From Mobula hypostoma (taxonomy: Eukaryota), in assembly GCF_963921235.1 (NCBI RefSeq), contig NC_086097.1:158474001-158538000 (forward strand): a stretch of DNA of 64,000 nucleotides, in the 5' to 3' direction. Positions 1-11,184 of the stretch are shown piece by piece. The first letter of the stretch is position 1. The number at the start of each line of letters is the position of its first letter. The notes beneath the pieces are model-generated. The model was not told where the DNA came from, ran no database searches, and was given only the letters and a program-made list of their open reading frames with translations. The position numbers and the translations under genes are program-made.

Positions 1-878
1 GTTAGTGTTGTAGTGCAAAGATCAATACGAGGTTTGTTGTACTGTCCTTCATGTGAATATAGGAGATATAATTGGGATTTTGCAGAAAACCTTGAAGTTA
101 ATAGGGTTATGGATAATGATAAAAGTTGCTTAAGGCTGCAGCAGAATATCAGTCAGATGGAAAATTCGGTGAAGCATTAGCAGATGGAATTTAAACCAAG
201 CATGTGTGGGGAGTTGCATTTTGGGAAGTCAAATAAGAATACAGTAAATGGTAGGACACCAAGGAACGTTGATGAATAGTGGGACATTGGGTTTTAAGTC
301 CACAGTTCCATCAAAGTAGCTTCCCAGATAGTTCAGGTGCTGAAGAAGGCTTATTTTTATTCTTTGGGACGGAGAGCATAAAAAGTTGGGGCATTCTGTT
401 ACAACTTTGCAATTTACTGGATAGATGACACCACGTGTATCACTTGCCATTCTGGTTCCCACACTATAGGGAGGATGAGATTATACTGGGGATAATGCAG
501 AGGAGATTCACCAGAATATTGGATCGATTTAGTCATACGGAGAGATTGGATAGGCAGGGTTTGTTCTCCCTGCAGTGAAGGAGGCTAATGGGTGATCCGA
601 TAGAGGAGTATAAAATATTAAGAGCCACAGATAAGATAGATAGTCAGAATTTCTTCCCCATGGTAAGGATGTTATTTTGCACAGAGTGCTTGATAGGTGG
701 AACATGCCTACAGAGGAGGTGGTAGAATGAGATAGAGTTGTGCTGTTTAAGAGGCACTGAAGTAGGCTGAGCAGAGAAGAATGCAGGCCTGATGCAGGCG
801 AATAGGATTAGTGAAGAAAATCAGCATGGATATGATGCACCAAAGAGCCTGTTTCTGTGCTGAATGATTCTTTGACTC
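1..878 (+). mobile_element. CR1 LINE 3' fragment (decayed ORF2 C-terminus plus 3' tail)
   Basis: Degenerate CR1 ORF2 C-terminal sequence (WQMEFKPSMC, FWFPHYREDE-like). Ends in the tail CCTGTTTCTGTGCTGAATGATTCTTTGACTCT, which recurs in other copies in the window. Confidence 0.85.
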
Positions 879-964
879 TCAACACTTCATCTACTGACAC
901 ACAATTAATAGGTAGCTTTGCTACTTCTTTTGGCATATTTCAGGAACATGATTGAACATTTACC

Positions 965-1425
965 ACTTGACTGGAAGATTGCAGCTTCAATAACACTCAA
1001 GAAGCTGAAAATCATCCAGAACAAAGCAGATTGCTTGATTGGCATTGCACTTCATTCGCCTGTCGCTGGTACACTGTGGCTGCAGGTGCACCATCTGTAA
1101 AATACTTTGCAGTGATTTGCCTGGGTTACTTTGACAACATTTCCCATGCATGTGACTTCAACCATCAAGAAGAATAAAGGCAACAGGCCCTCTGGGACAG
1201 CTCCACCTACAGGTTCCCTTCCAAATTGCACTTCATGCTGATGTGGAAAAGTGTAACTATTCCTTCAGCACTTCAGGGTTGAAATCTCTTAATTCTTTAC
1301 CTCAAACCACCAGGAAAGTACCCTCAGCAGAAGGATTGCAGGACAGATCTTTCACTACCACCACTTCAAGTGCAGTTTGGGATGGGTAGTAAACTCTGGC
1401 CTTGCCAATGATACCCGTATCCTGA
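965..1425 (+). mobile_element. Old non-LTR retrotransposon 3' end (CR1/L2 group)
   Basis: TLKKLKIIQNKADCLIG resembles a LINE ORF2 C-terminus. The tail (GGGATGGGTAGTAAACTCTGGCCTTGCCAATGATACCCGTATCC) has reverse-complement relatives at ~36660-36730 and ~43100-43170. Confidence 0.6.
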
Positions 1426-2299
1426 AAGACCGATTAAGGCTACTGAAGACACTGTTCCTTTATTCAGCATGGGATGAAGTGCAAAATATTGAAAAAAAGA
1501 AACATTGCCATCTGATTATTAAGTAGCCTAGGGCTACCGAGGTCTCATTTTTTCTTGTATACATAAGTTTAAGTGTGGTATTAATCAAGAGCATTTGAAG
1601 TTACATAGCTTAGTTATGGATTAAATTATGGAAAGACCTCTGTGTCTTTCAGCTTCAGGGGCTGATGTGCTGTAATTGCAAATTAGGTTTATGGTGGAAT
1701 ACATTGCAGAGTAATATGGCAATGTGCAGGGTAAAATGAAGGACAGGTTTATATTATTGAAAGCCCCTCCTATAAAAAAAGCCTACGGCCCATTTTCAGA
1801 AAGTGTAGTTTTTATTACAATTTAATGCTGGATCAGTTCCTAACACATCAAAAAAGTATCTGCAAAAGAAGCAGATGGCATCCACAGAGCTGTAGCAAAT
1901 TGTAGGCATCATGTTTTTTGTACTAAACCTGACAATGATGTCATTTCTGAGGGAAGAAGTCAGATCACAATTCCCTGCCTGATCTATGAGATAAATATAT
2001 TGATGAGGATACTGAAAGAAAGCCAAACTTTGCTTAAAAGCCAAGTTTTAACACTGAAGCACCAGAAAAGCATTTTAAAAATCATGCAGCATTCCATTTC
2101 CCTTTAACTGTTCATACCTGACTCAGGAATCCAGCCGTAAACTGAGTTCCCATATAGCGGAAGAAACCTGCAGCCCTACAATAGCTGGCAAATCCATTCC
2201 ACTGATCTCCCAAAAGCCCATTAATATATAGGTGTTACATATAAGTCAGGTGTTCATAAGTTGAGGAGGACCTATATTCAGAGAAAGAGCTTAGACAGA

Positions 2300-5150
2300 T
2301 GACTTCACTTTAGATAGACATGAACAAATGTCTACTGAAGCCTGCAACTGTACTGAGGGAAATCTGAATGATGGGGCATATCGCTTCCCTAAACAACAGC
2401 TAAAATGACAGAGAGGTTTTTGATGTCCAAAATTGACATCAAATAGAGATGTAACTTCACCAGAAGGTCAGTAGAGGTATATGACCATCATTGATTTTAT
2501 TATGGCTTTCAGAGAGTGGGTGGTGAGAAGGACACCATGGATATTCCAGGTACTAAACTGCTATGATCTTTATAAAGATATTTAAAACTTGATTATCATA
2601 GCTTTTGGCATGGGCAACAAGTTGATTGATGTCTTTGAAGCATTCCATCTGACAGTTAATCCTTTTGATTTTATCATGAAGCATGTTGCTTCTCTGAGTG
2701 AATATCAGGTATGCCATTGGGTTTCTGGGCACCTCAAAGAGAAAATAGGAGAGAAATGTTTCTGAACTTCTCTTGAAGATACTGGATACCTCCCCCCCCC
2801 CCGCCAATCTGATCCGGGCAGAGATGTATGTTGAGCCACCAGTGCCTTCTGCAATATCTAGTGCTAGTATTGTGAAGAGCTCGTTCTCACTGCACATGCT
2901 AGATTTTATTTTTGTCACTTGTGCCATAAGTACCCTGTAATCTTCACTGGCCACCTCCAACTAATTTCCCGTGCTTCTTTATACTTCTGTTTCTGCTAGC
3001 CTTTCTGTGGTCGTGAGCAGAGTCTGCATGAATCTCTGAACATGGCTGCTCCTCATCTTTTTGACTGGGGTATTTCAGATGTTCAGGTGCTAAGTAGGGG
3101 TCTGACTGTGATGTTTTCTGTACTTACACAGCCTCCTTTGCTGTGCTATTTCTCTTTGGAAGATGAGACGATGTAGTTCTCTGTTCAGATAGATGTCCAT
3201 ACAAAGCTGGTCCTTGTGAACTGCAACCCTTAACTCTTTATCATCTCTCAGATGAAATGTGATACAAGAACATATTTAGCCTTAGCTGTATCTTTGTCTA
3301 TCCTGTCTGAATTATTCACCAAACTGTGCATTAGATCATATTATCTGGCAGATTTGGGCTTTTGCATCAGTTTTTGAAATTTTAACTGATTTCTCATCAT
3401 GTCGATTGTCTCCAGCTCAGCATCTTCAGCATCACATATATCCTTGACAGGTGTTGTATATTGACTATATTTCTTTGTGTAGGCTCTATACATTACATGA
3501 CTCCAACCTCACTAGCATCCTTTATATTTTCTTTTTGGTTTGTTCATTGATGAAAGCTCCAAACCATTAATCACAGTATGTATCTCCTTAACTTGTGCAT
3601 AAAACATACCTACATCTTTCAGAGATTTGCTTGTGTATGTTATCAACCAAGCTTCCTGTAAGAACATAAAACACAGAAGCTAAAATAATTAGACTAGTAA
3701 TTAAATATTGATCTAAACTAATCCCTTCTATCCACATAATGTCCATACCCATCCATGTTCTGCACATTCATGTACCTATCTATGAGCCTCTTAAATGTAT
3801 CGACCTCCACTACTACTGCTGGAAGAGCACTCTAGTCACTCACCACTCTGTAAAAAAAAAACGTGCACCTCACATCTCCTTTGAAATTACCCCCTGTCAC
3901 CTTAATGCATGCTCTCTAGTAACTAGATGTTTTGACCCTGGTAAAAAGATAATGGCTGTCTATCTTTGCCCCTTGTATTTTTATATATTTCCATCAGGGT
4001 TTTCCACAGCCTCTGCCATTGCAGAGAAAATAACCCAAATTTGTCTAATCTCTATTTGTAGCCCATGCCCCTTAATCCAGAGAGCATCTCAACAAACATC
4101 CCCAGCACTCTTCCAAAAAGTTCCACATCATTCTCATAATGGGGTGACCAGAATTGAATGTAATACTCCAGATATAGCGTAACTAGAGCTGCAACGTAAC
4201 CTCCTGACTCTTGAAGCTAAAGCCTCAGTTAATAAAGGCAAACATTCCTTATGGCTTCCTTACCACCCTGTCAATATGTGCAGCCACCTTCAGGAAGCTA
4301 TGAACTTGGACCCAAGATCTTTGGCTCAAGATCATGTCTGAGCCATCTGCTTGCATACTTAGAGTATTGTAACACAGGCTCTCCAATTAATGTCCCCTAA
4401 CTTGTTATTATGGCTTGCTCCTTATTGTCTAAACAGAATCATTCCATATTCTCCTTGGTTCTCTCTCATCTCATTCAGATGGAGTGGGACTTTGCTTAGA
4501 CTGTTGATATTGAAGTATTGTACTTCCTTGCATGTCAAATCTTTAATGATCAAGTGACCCATGAAGGTGGCTTCTTTCATTTTGAACTTCAGTCTTTCAA
4601 CTTTATGTGTCTTAAGCTACATCTGCTCACTTTTCTGATACTGATTGTCCAATGCAGGCCTTCCCACTACTTCCCCCTATCCAAACACGAGCACCTCATC
4701 AGCTATTGTCCTTATTCCATTGAGACCTTCAAGTGCAGCTTCCAGTCTTGTGGAAACACATCTGGTGCTTCATTAATTATACATGGATTTCTTTCCCAAT
4801 GATATCTATAGAGTAGCATATTTTAGCAGATTCTTATCAAACTCTATTTCTTTCTTGCAGCGCACTGGAAATATTTTGTCTTACTCAATCTGGAGGGAAA
4901 AAATGGTCTTCACTGGATCCAGAAGTTCCACTGAAGACTCTTGTTTGCAGCAGAATTTGAGTTTGCCATTTAATTTCTCAACATTCTATACATCTGATAC
5001 CCAAAGATTAAGCATATCAGCTGAGGCTACCTTTGCTGCCTTGGTCAGTCTTTCTAACTCAGATTACATTTTTTTTTGGAGGACTACTGAAATATTTCGT
5101 TATGAAAGGAATACCAGATGAATGAATCTGAATTGTGCAGTTTAAGGGGT
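2300..5150 (-). pseudogene. Highly decayed Gypsy pol (RT, RNase H, integrase), split by a CR1 insertion
   Basis: Manual minus-strand translation gives APDVF/RLEAALEGLNGIRTIADEVLVFG at ~4680-4770 (RT ADD motif) and KFKMKEATFMGHLI at ~4550-4590. YTSKSLKDVGMFYAQV at ~3590-3645 is RNase H-like. ORF 2553-2960 lies where integrase is expected. Outer boundaries are approximate. Confidence 0.7.
3660..4320 (-). mobile_element. CR1 LINE 3' fragment inserted in the decayed Gypsy pol
   Basis: Reverse complement of CR1 C-terminal coding sequence and tail (GGGGTGACCAGAATTGAATGTAATACTCCAG reads LEYYIQFWSP on the minus strand). Confidence 0.8.
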
Positions 5151-5414
5151 TGCTTACAGTGAAGCAATCTTCAGACACTGTTGTGTATTCATTCATTCCT
5201 TCCACTGTATTGTAATATATATCAAATTGTAGCTGTGATACACAAATACAGTGAAATCCATGTCTTTTCTTCGTTAATTTATTGGGTTCATTCCTTCAGG
5301 AAGAACCTCCCACCAGCCTTCAATGTAGTCTGTCGTCGAATATTTTGATGCAATTATATCCAGTACGTATTACTTCCACAGAATTAACTTTGTATGGCAC
5401 CATGTATATCATCT

Positions 5415-5515
5415 TTAGCTGGTTCTTCTTTTTATTCTTCTTATTCCTCTTTTTCCTATTCCTCCTTTTCCTCCTTCCTACTCCCATTTCTATTCCTCTA
5501 CCTTTTCCTCTGTCC
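5415..5515. repeat. Pyrimidine-rich low-complexity tract
   Basis: Degenerate (TTC/TTCCT)n run. It explains the spurious ORFs 5282-5533 and 5320-5544. Confidence 0.8.
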
Positions 5516-5859
5516 ATTCGGATTGATTGTTGACTTGCTTTCACTCTAGTTTATAAGAATTATTTGAGGCCAATGTGTGAACCACAGATAGGGCAGGTGC
5601 TTTGTGAGAGGGCAGGTAGTTTGTGGGGCAGTTCCAGATCAAGCCTGGGTCAAGTTTCCGCATTACCTGAGTGATATGTGTGCGGCAGTTGGAGAAAGAA
5701 CCAAGGAGAATATGGAATGATGCTGGTTAGACACTACGGAGCAATCAATTCCAATCTCTACCCTCGAATTGCTTAACTTGTCCACTGGATTGGCATTTAG
5801 TGTCCTCTTTATTGTGCATGGTGACTTGCCAATCCACTTCATGCACGATATTGCAGTCC

Positions 5860-6265
5860 ACAAAATCTGGAACATATAATTACCTTGGACTTCCCTGTTA
5901 TAGGAAGAACATGATTAAGCTGAAAAAGCATTTCAAAATGTCCAAAACATTCACGAGGATATTACTGGCACTGGGAGGCTTGAGTTATAAGGAGAGACTG
6001 ACAGGCTAAGGCTGATTACCATATAGTATAGGAGACTGAAGGATACTGATTAGATGTTTATAATATCATGAGGGGTATAGATAGGGAGGTGGTCACAGTC
6101 TTTTTTTCAGGTTAGAAAAGTATACAAATAGTGGAAATAGGTTTAAAATGAGAGGTGGAAAAAGGGACTAAAAGGGCAACTGTATCACACAGGGTACATG
6201 GAACAAGCTGACTTAGGAAGGTGTGAGAGCCCCATTTCCATGTTGTAAAACTCTATGACTCTCTA
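5860..6265 (+). mobile_element. CR1 LINE 3' fragment
   Basis: PCYRKNMIKL...FTRILLALGGLSYKERL, ending in CCATGTTGTAAAACTCTATGACTCT. Confidence 0.8.
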
Positions 6266-6604
6266 TCTTGTATTTCTTTCTTCTAGCTGCCCAGAATGTT
6301 GAGCTATTCTTTGGATGGCCTGCCAGCTTTCCACATATGTATGTACTTTGTTAGAGGTAGCTGGTCCCTCAAACTGGACTCCCAGAACCCACAGGCAACC
6401 TGATATTGGATGAATGAATTCCTTAAGTCAGCAAAGCTGTAATTTTCTACAGCACTCTTCATTCCCAAATAATTCTCTGCTTCTAGTCAAGTGTAAGGAA
6501 TCTGCAGTGGTCAGTTTTGGATGTCACTTGTCTAAGATTCCAGCAATAAAGGCAACATGTTTCATACTCATAATCACAAATGATGAGGATTACCAACAGA
6601 TCAA

Positions 6605-6725
6605 GTTCTGATGAAGGATATTGAGCTGAAACTTTAACTTTACTTCTCACTCTAAAGATGCCCCCCGACCAGTTGAATATCCCCAGTATTTTCTTTTTTT
6701 TTTCAGATTTCCAACTTCTGCAGTT
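6605..6725 (+). mobile_element. Decayed Penelope-like terminal repeat (pLTR) with hammerhead remnant
   Basis: CTGATGAAGG...CTGAAAC followed by sequence similar to the pLTR 3' end at 51960-52090. Confidence 0.55.
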
Positions 6726-8214
6726 TTATTTAGCTTTTCATTTATTCGTTGCATTTTATATGATATCAATTTGATCACACAATTTAGTATTTTTCTTTCA
6801 TGTCTGCATGCATAATTGGTTGGAGAGGATCATGTCTAATTTTCTACATTCCAATTCAGGCATAGGATCTGCAACCAACTCTTCATATATCATATTGTGA
6901 TATGTTCTCTCTAAAATACTAGATAATAATTAGTCATCACAATTTTTAAAAATGCATTATTTTATGAAAGAAAAGCTTAAAGCGAGGGACAATATTCTAC
7001 TTCCTATGGTCTCTAGAGGCTCTGACAAGTTCCAAACCAAGCAATGTCATCTCAACATTGAGACCAACTGGAATTTCTTAAAGGATAACCAACTAATATT
7101 ACAAATGGCGTGCATGTTCCATCTGTAATGTATTCTGTAGGATATTTAATGAAAGTGTACAAAGTGGATTGTTTGTGAAACAGAAGTTGCAAAGTACTTT
7201 AGGGGCTGTTCACTAAATGTCACAAAGAATTCATTTAGATATAAATATTTAAAATGGGGAAATATTTATTTCTTTAAAGAAACTTGTAAAGCGTAGTGAA
7301 GAGAAATGTCATACCTCAAGCATTTGGGGACAGTCCTGTAGTTAATTGTCTTTAAAAAAAAACAGGTCCAGGGTTCCTTGAGTCATAACAAGAGAATTGC
7401 TGAAGGAATGTGATCTAGCTACAGGCTAATGGAATAGTAACATGTGCATCCTGGAAGAATTCCAGCAACCAATGCCAAAAGATGCCAAAAAGACAAGGGT
7501 CATCTAGTTACTCTCAGTTGAGAAAGTACTATCTATTTGATGTAACCTGTTAATGTGTTACTGACGCACAGAGCTCGACGTGCCAAGCCACTGTGAGGTA
7601 CTAAAATTTGACCCACCTACCCATTCCTCACTAATTCTAGGGTGAATGTGGCATTGACAATTGCAATTTTTTGCCGATTCTCAGCTGCTCTGTGTGTGGT
7701 TCTCCAGGCCATCTCAGAGGCAATTAGGTGTCAAACACATAGTGTGCATTGTAATTTTCAAAGCAGTTATTTAAGATTTAGAATAACATGTTATTAGTTA
7801 AATTAATACTGTGCCTGGCCTCATCTATGAAGATTATAACAAAAAATCATGTCTTAAATTATTTCTGCTACATTTGTTTCACTACATGATGAATTGTTTA
7901 ATCCAGTTGGACACAGAAATAATCTGAATCAGGCATTCTATAAACTTCAGAAGTCTAGTTCTGCTACAGGTAATAGAAACAGAAAAGTTGGAATTACATA
8001 GGTTAGACAGCAGAGAAACAAAAGTAATGTTTCAGTTCTTGACATTCATCAGGAATTTTGTGATTCTGTGCATCTTAGATTGATTAAACCATTGAAACAT
8101 ATCAACTGAAAATTCAAATAAAACATTTCTTTCATATAATAGCTTATTTACATTAAAAAAAGGTGATAGTTGTGCATGGAGCTGCTGTCTATTAGCTTTA
8201 TAACTGTATGCTCC

Positions 8215-8625
8215 ATTATGGGCACTAGCCTCTCCAGCATCCAGGACGTTTTGATGGAGTGATGCCTCAAAAAGGTGGCATCCATCAGTAAGAACCCCTA
8301 TTACCCAGGACTTGCCCTCTTCTCATTGCTGCCATCAGGGAGGAGGTATTGGAGCCTGAAGGCACACATTCAATGATTCAGGTACAGCTTCTTCCCCTCT
8401 GCCATGAAATTTCTGAATGGCAGAGGGGAAGAATCCATGAGCACTACCTCACTGCATATTTTTCTTATTTGCGTTACTTATTTAATTTAACCTTTCAAAT
8501 ATATATACACACACATCTTGCTGTAATTTACAATATTTTTTCTGTATATTGCAGTGTAGTGCTGATGCATAACAACAAATTCCATGACATATACCAATGA
8601 TATTAAACCTGATGCTGATTCTGAG
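8215..8625 (+). mobile_element. Rex1/Babar LINE 3' end
   Basis: Encodes PGLALFSLLPSGRRYWSLKAHIQ*FRYSFFPSA (Rex1-type C-terminus). Tail is ATTAAACCTGATGCTGATTCTGA. Confidence 0.8.
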
Positions 8626-8829
8626 AGTTTAGGACTCCGGCAGAAAATTGTGAGTCACAAGCTGCTACACAGCTAATTGCTGCAATTTCCCAATTGCATC
8701 AGGACATGGGACCCTAGCGTACACACTTTTGGTGGTAAACTTCCACCAACTTCTACTTTCCATGCTCTATGACTCTATGCTTTAAGCACCTGACTTGGGA
8801 TATCTGCCTACTGTTTCTGCCCTGGGTTA

Positions 8830-9200
8830 GAAATTGTATAAGTTAGGCACGCCCATTTATCTCCATACATAAAGCAGACAGCCAGAGATGTTTTCCCCAG
8901 GGTGGAAATGGCTCATCCAAAGGGGAATATTTTTCAGGTGATTAAAGGAAAGTATAGGGGGTATGTCAGAGTTAAGGTCTTTGCATAGAGATTGGTGGGT
9001 CCTTGGAACACCCTGCCAGGGATGGTGGTAGAAGCAGAAACATTGGAGGTATTTCAGAAATTCTTATCATATGGATGATAGAAAAAATGGAGGGTTATGT
9101 AGGAGAGAAGGGTTATATTGATGCTAGAGTAGTTTAAAAGCTTGGCACAATGCTGTCGACTGAAGAGCCTGTACTGAGCCGTGGTGTTCTATGTTCTATT
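8830..9200 (+). mobile_element. CR1 LINE 3' fragment
   Basis: CR1 C-terminal sequence (FFPRVEMA...) and tail CCTGTACTGAGCCGTGGTGTTCTATGTTCTAT. Confidence 0.75.
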
Positions 9201-9714
9201 TATACTTGAACCTATTCTATTTATTTTATTTTACATTTCCTTATTTATGTTCCATGTTTTTAAATATTAAAGGTCTGTTTAATTCTTAATAGTTTTTGAT
9301 TTTGTCTGAGCATTTGTAAATGTCAGAAAAATTTACAATTATTCAAGCTCCCTGACAGCTGATAAGCCTGGAGCTTAATTGGCTGTCAGAGCAATCAGGT
9401 GTGCAGGGGGTTTCCATTAATAATTAATAAGGAGCTGAGGGCTGATGAATTTCAAGGATATCTAATTTGAGGATGTCTGGTCGGACACCTGATCCAGGTG
9501 AGAGAGTTTTACAGGTGAATGGTGCACACATTAGTGGCAATTATAGTCCATTGTTACTTGAAATGGTATATGAACACTTTGAAACAGTCATGTTTATTAT
9601 AAGCTTATTTTTGAGTAATTTGATCCTATAACTCCCGGAGGTATCGGCCCCTGTGGTACAGTGGGTCTGTTGCAGGCTAACTTATTTCAGCTAAGCAAAT
9701 ATAATCCATGAGAG

Positions 9715-9853
9715 TGTGTAGATGCTGGAACCTGAAGCGACAAATAATCTGTTGATGGAACTCAAAGCATGAAGTAGCATTTGTTGGAGGAAAAGAATTC
9801 TTTTCTTCTCAGATGCTACTTAACCTGCTGACTTCCCCCGAAGGTTGTTTGCT
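9715..9853. mobile_element. Fold-back mini-element of two inverted Penelope pLTR ends
   Basis: Left arm GATGCTGGAACCTG...GGAACTCAAAGCATGAAGTAGCAT. Right arm ATGCTACTTAACCTGCTGACTTCCCC is roughly its reverse complement. Confidence 0.5.
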
Positions 9854-10282
9854 ACATATGGAATCCTGGGCTCTTAAAAACAGGGGTATAAAATAGAAGA
9901 GAGAGGAAGTTATAAAACATTGGTTCATCCACTGCTGCAATATTTTGCCCAATTCTAGCGACTACACTTTAGGAAATATGTGGAGAAGATCCATAAAAGA
10001 CATAAAAGAATGCATCCAAGATGAGGGACTTTAGCTTTATAGGTAGAATGTGGTAACTGAATGTTCATAGTACCTCAAACATTACAGCACGGTACAACCC
10101 ATCCTTTTAACCCACTGTAAAATCTATCTAACCCTACCCTCCCACTTTGCCCAACATCTATCATTTTTCTATCATTTTACACGTTTCTCTAAAATTCTCT
10201 TAAAGACCTCTTTCTTTCTTTCTTTATTAATCTTTTTATTGAATTAAAAGGAAAATAAATACAAACAAGAGGAGAATTATCT

Positions 10283-10286
<4 letters not shown>

Positions 10287-10313
<27 letters not shown>
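10287..10313. repeat. (TA)n microsatellite
   Basis: Direct observation, inside the L1 3' UTR. Confidence 0.95.
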
Positions 10314-11087
10314 CAATAACAATACAAGCAGAGATTGAAATAGACCTTGTCAAAATGATACATAGTGCTAAACTAGTATATAATATATAATAAAAACGAA
10401 AACAGCAATTCTCCTCTCATCAGTTCATGAAGAGGAAAGAAAAAACTTTGAATTTTAAATGAAGAAATAACCCCCATTACACTATACAAAAAAAAGAAGA
10501 GAAAAAAAAGAGGGACTGGGCAGTCCATTCTGAGGATATGACCAAAAAAAAAAGAAAGAAAGACTTGCTGATCAAATCTAAAACTTTGAAAAAAAATTGG
10601 AAGAGTGATAAATCAAACTGAATAAAAGGTCGCCAGATTTGCTCAAATTTAAAGGATGTATCAAATGTCCGACTTCTTATTTTCTCTAAACTTAAACAGG
10701 ACATAATAGAGGAAAGCCAATAAAAGACAGTAGGTGGATTAGAATCCTTCCACTTCAGTAAAATGGCTCTTCTAGCCAATAAAATTGAAAAGGCTGTCAT
10801 ACGTTGAGCAGAAGCAGGAATATTTCCTGATTTCGAAGAGGTAATCCGAAATATTGCCCTAAGTAAATTAGGTCGTAGGTCCAGATCCAAGACTTTTGAT
10901 AATGTTTTAAAAACATCTCTCCAAAAATTGTCTAGGTTTATACAAGACCAAAACATATGAGTTAAAGTGGCCACCTCACCTCACAGATTACATCTGTCAC
11001 AAATAAGATTGATGTTGGAAAACATACGTGCTAGTTTATCCTCTGACATAGTGGCCTGATGCACTAACTTGAACCGTATCAAGGAAT

Positions 11088-11184
11088 ACACATCAAAGTT
11101 GCTGGTGAACGCAGCAGGCCAGGCAGCATCTGTAGGAAGAGGTACAGTCGACGTTTCAGGCCGACCCTTCGTCAGGACTAACTG
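11088..11184 (-). mobile_element. ~100-bp Penelope pLTR-end insertion carrying a hammerhead motif
   Basis: Near-identical to 51957-52058. Flanked by AAGGAAT (11081-11087, 11185-11191). Removing it restores the L1 peptide CASHSLIRFK. Confidence 0.9.
11145..11180 (-). ncRNA. Minimal type I hammerhead ribozyme motif
   Basis: Minus strand reads UAGUC-CUGACGA-A-GGG(UCGG)CCU-GAAA-CGUC-GACUG. Core is intact and stems I and II pair. Confidence 0.7.

Noticed and set aside
2553..2960. 135-aa ORF as a host gene or endogenous viral element
   Set aside because: It lies downstream of RT and RNase H motifs on the same strand, so decayed Gypsy integrase region is the simpler explanation.
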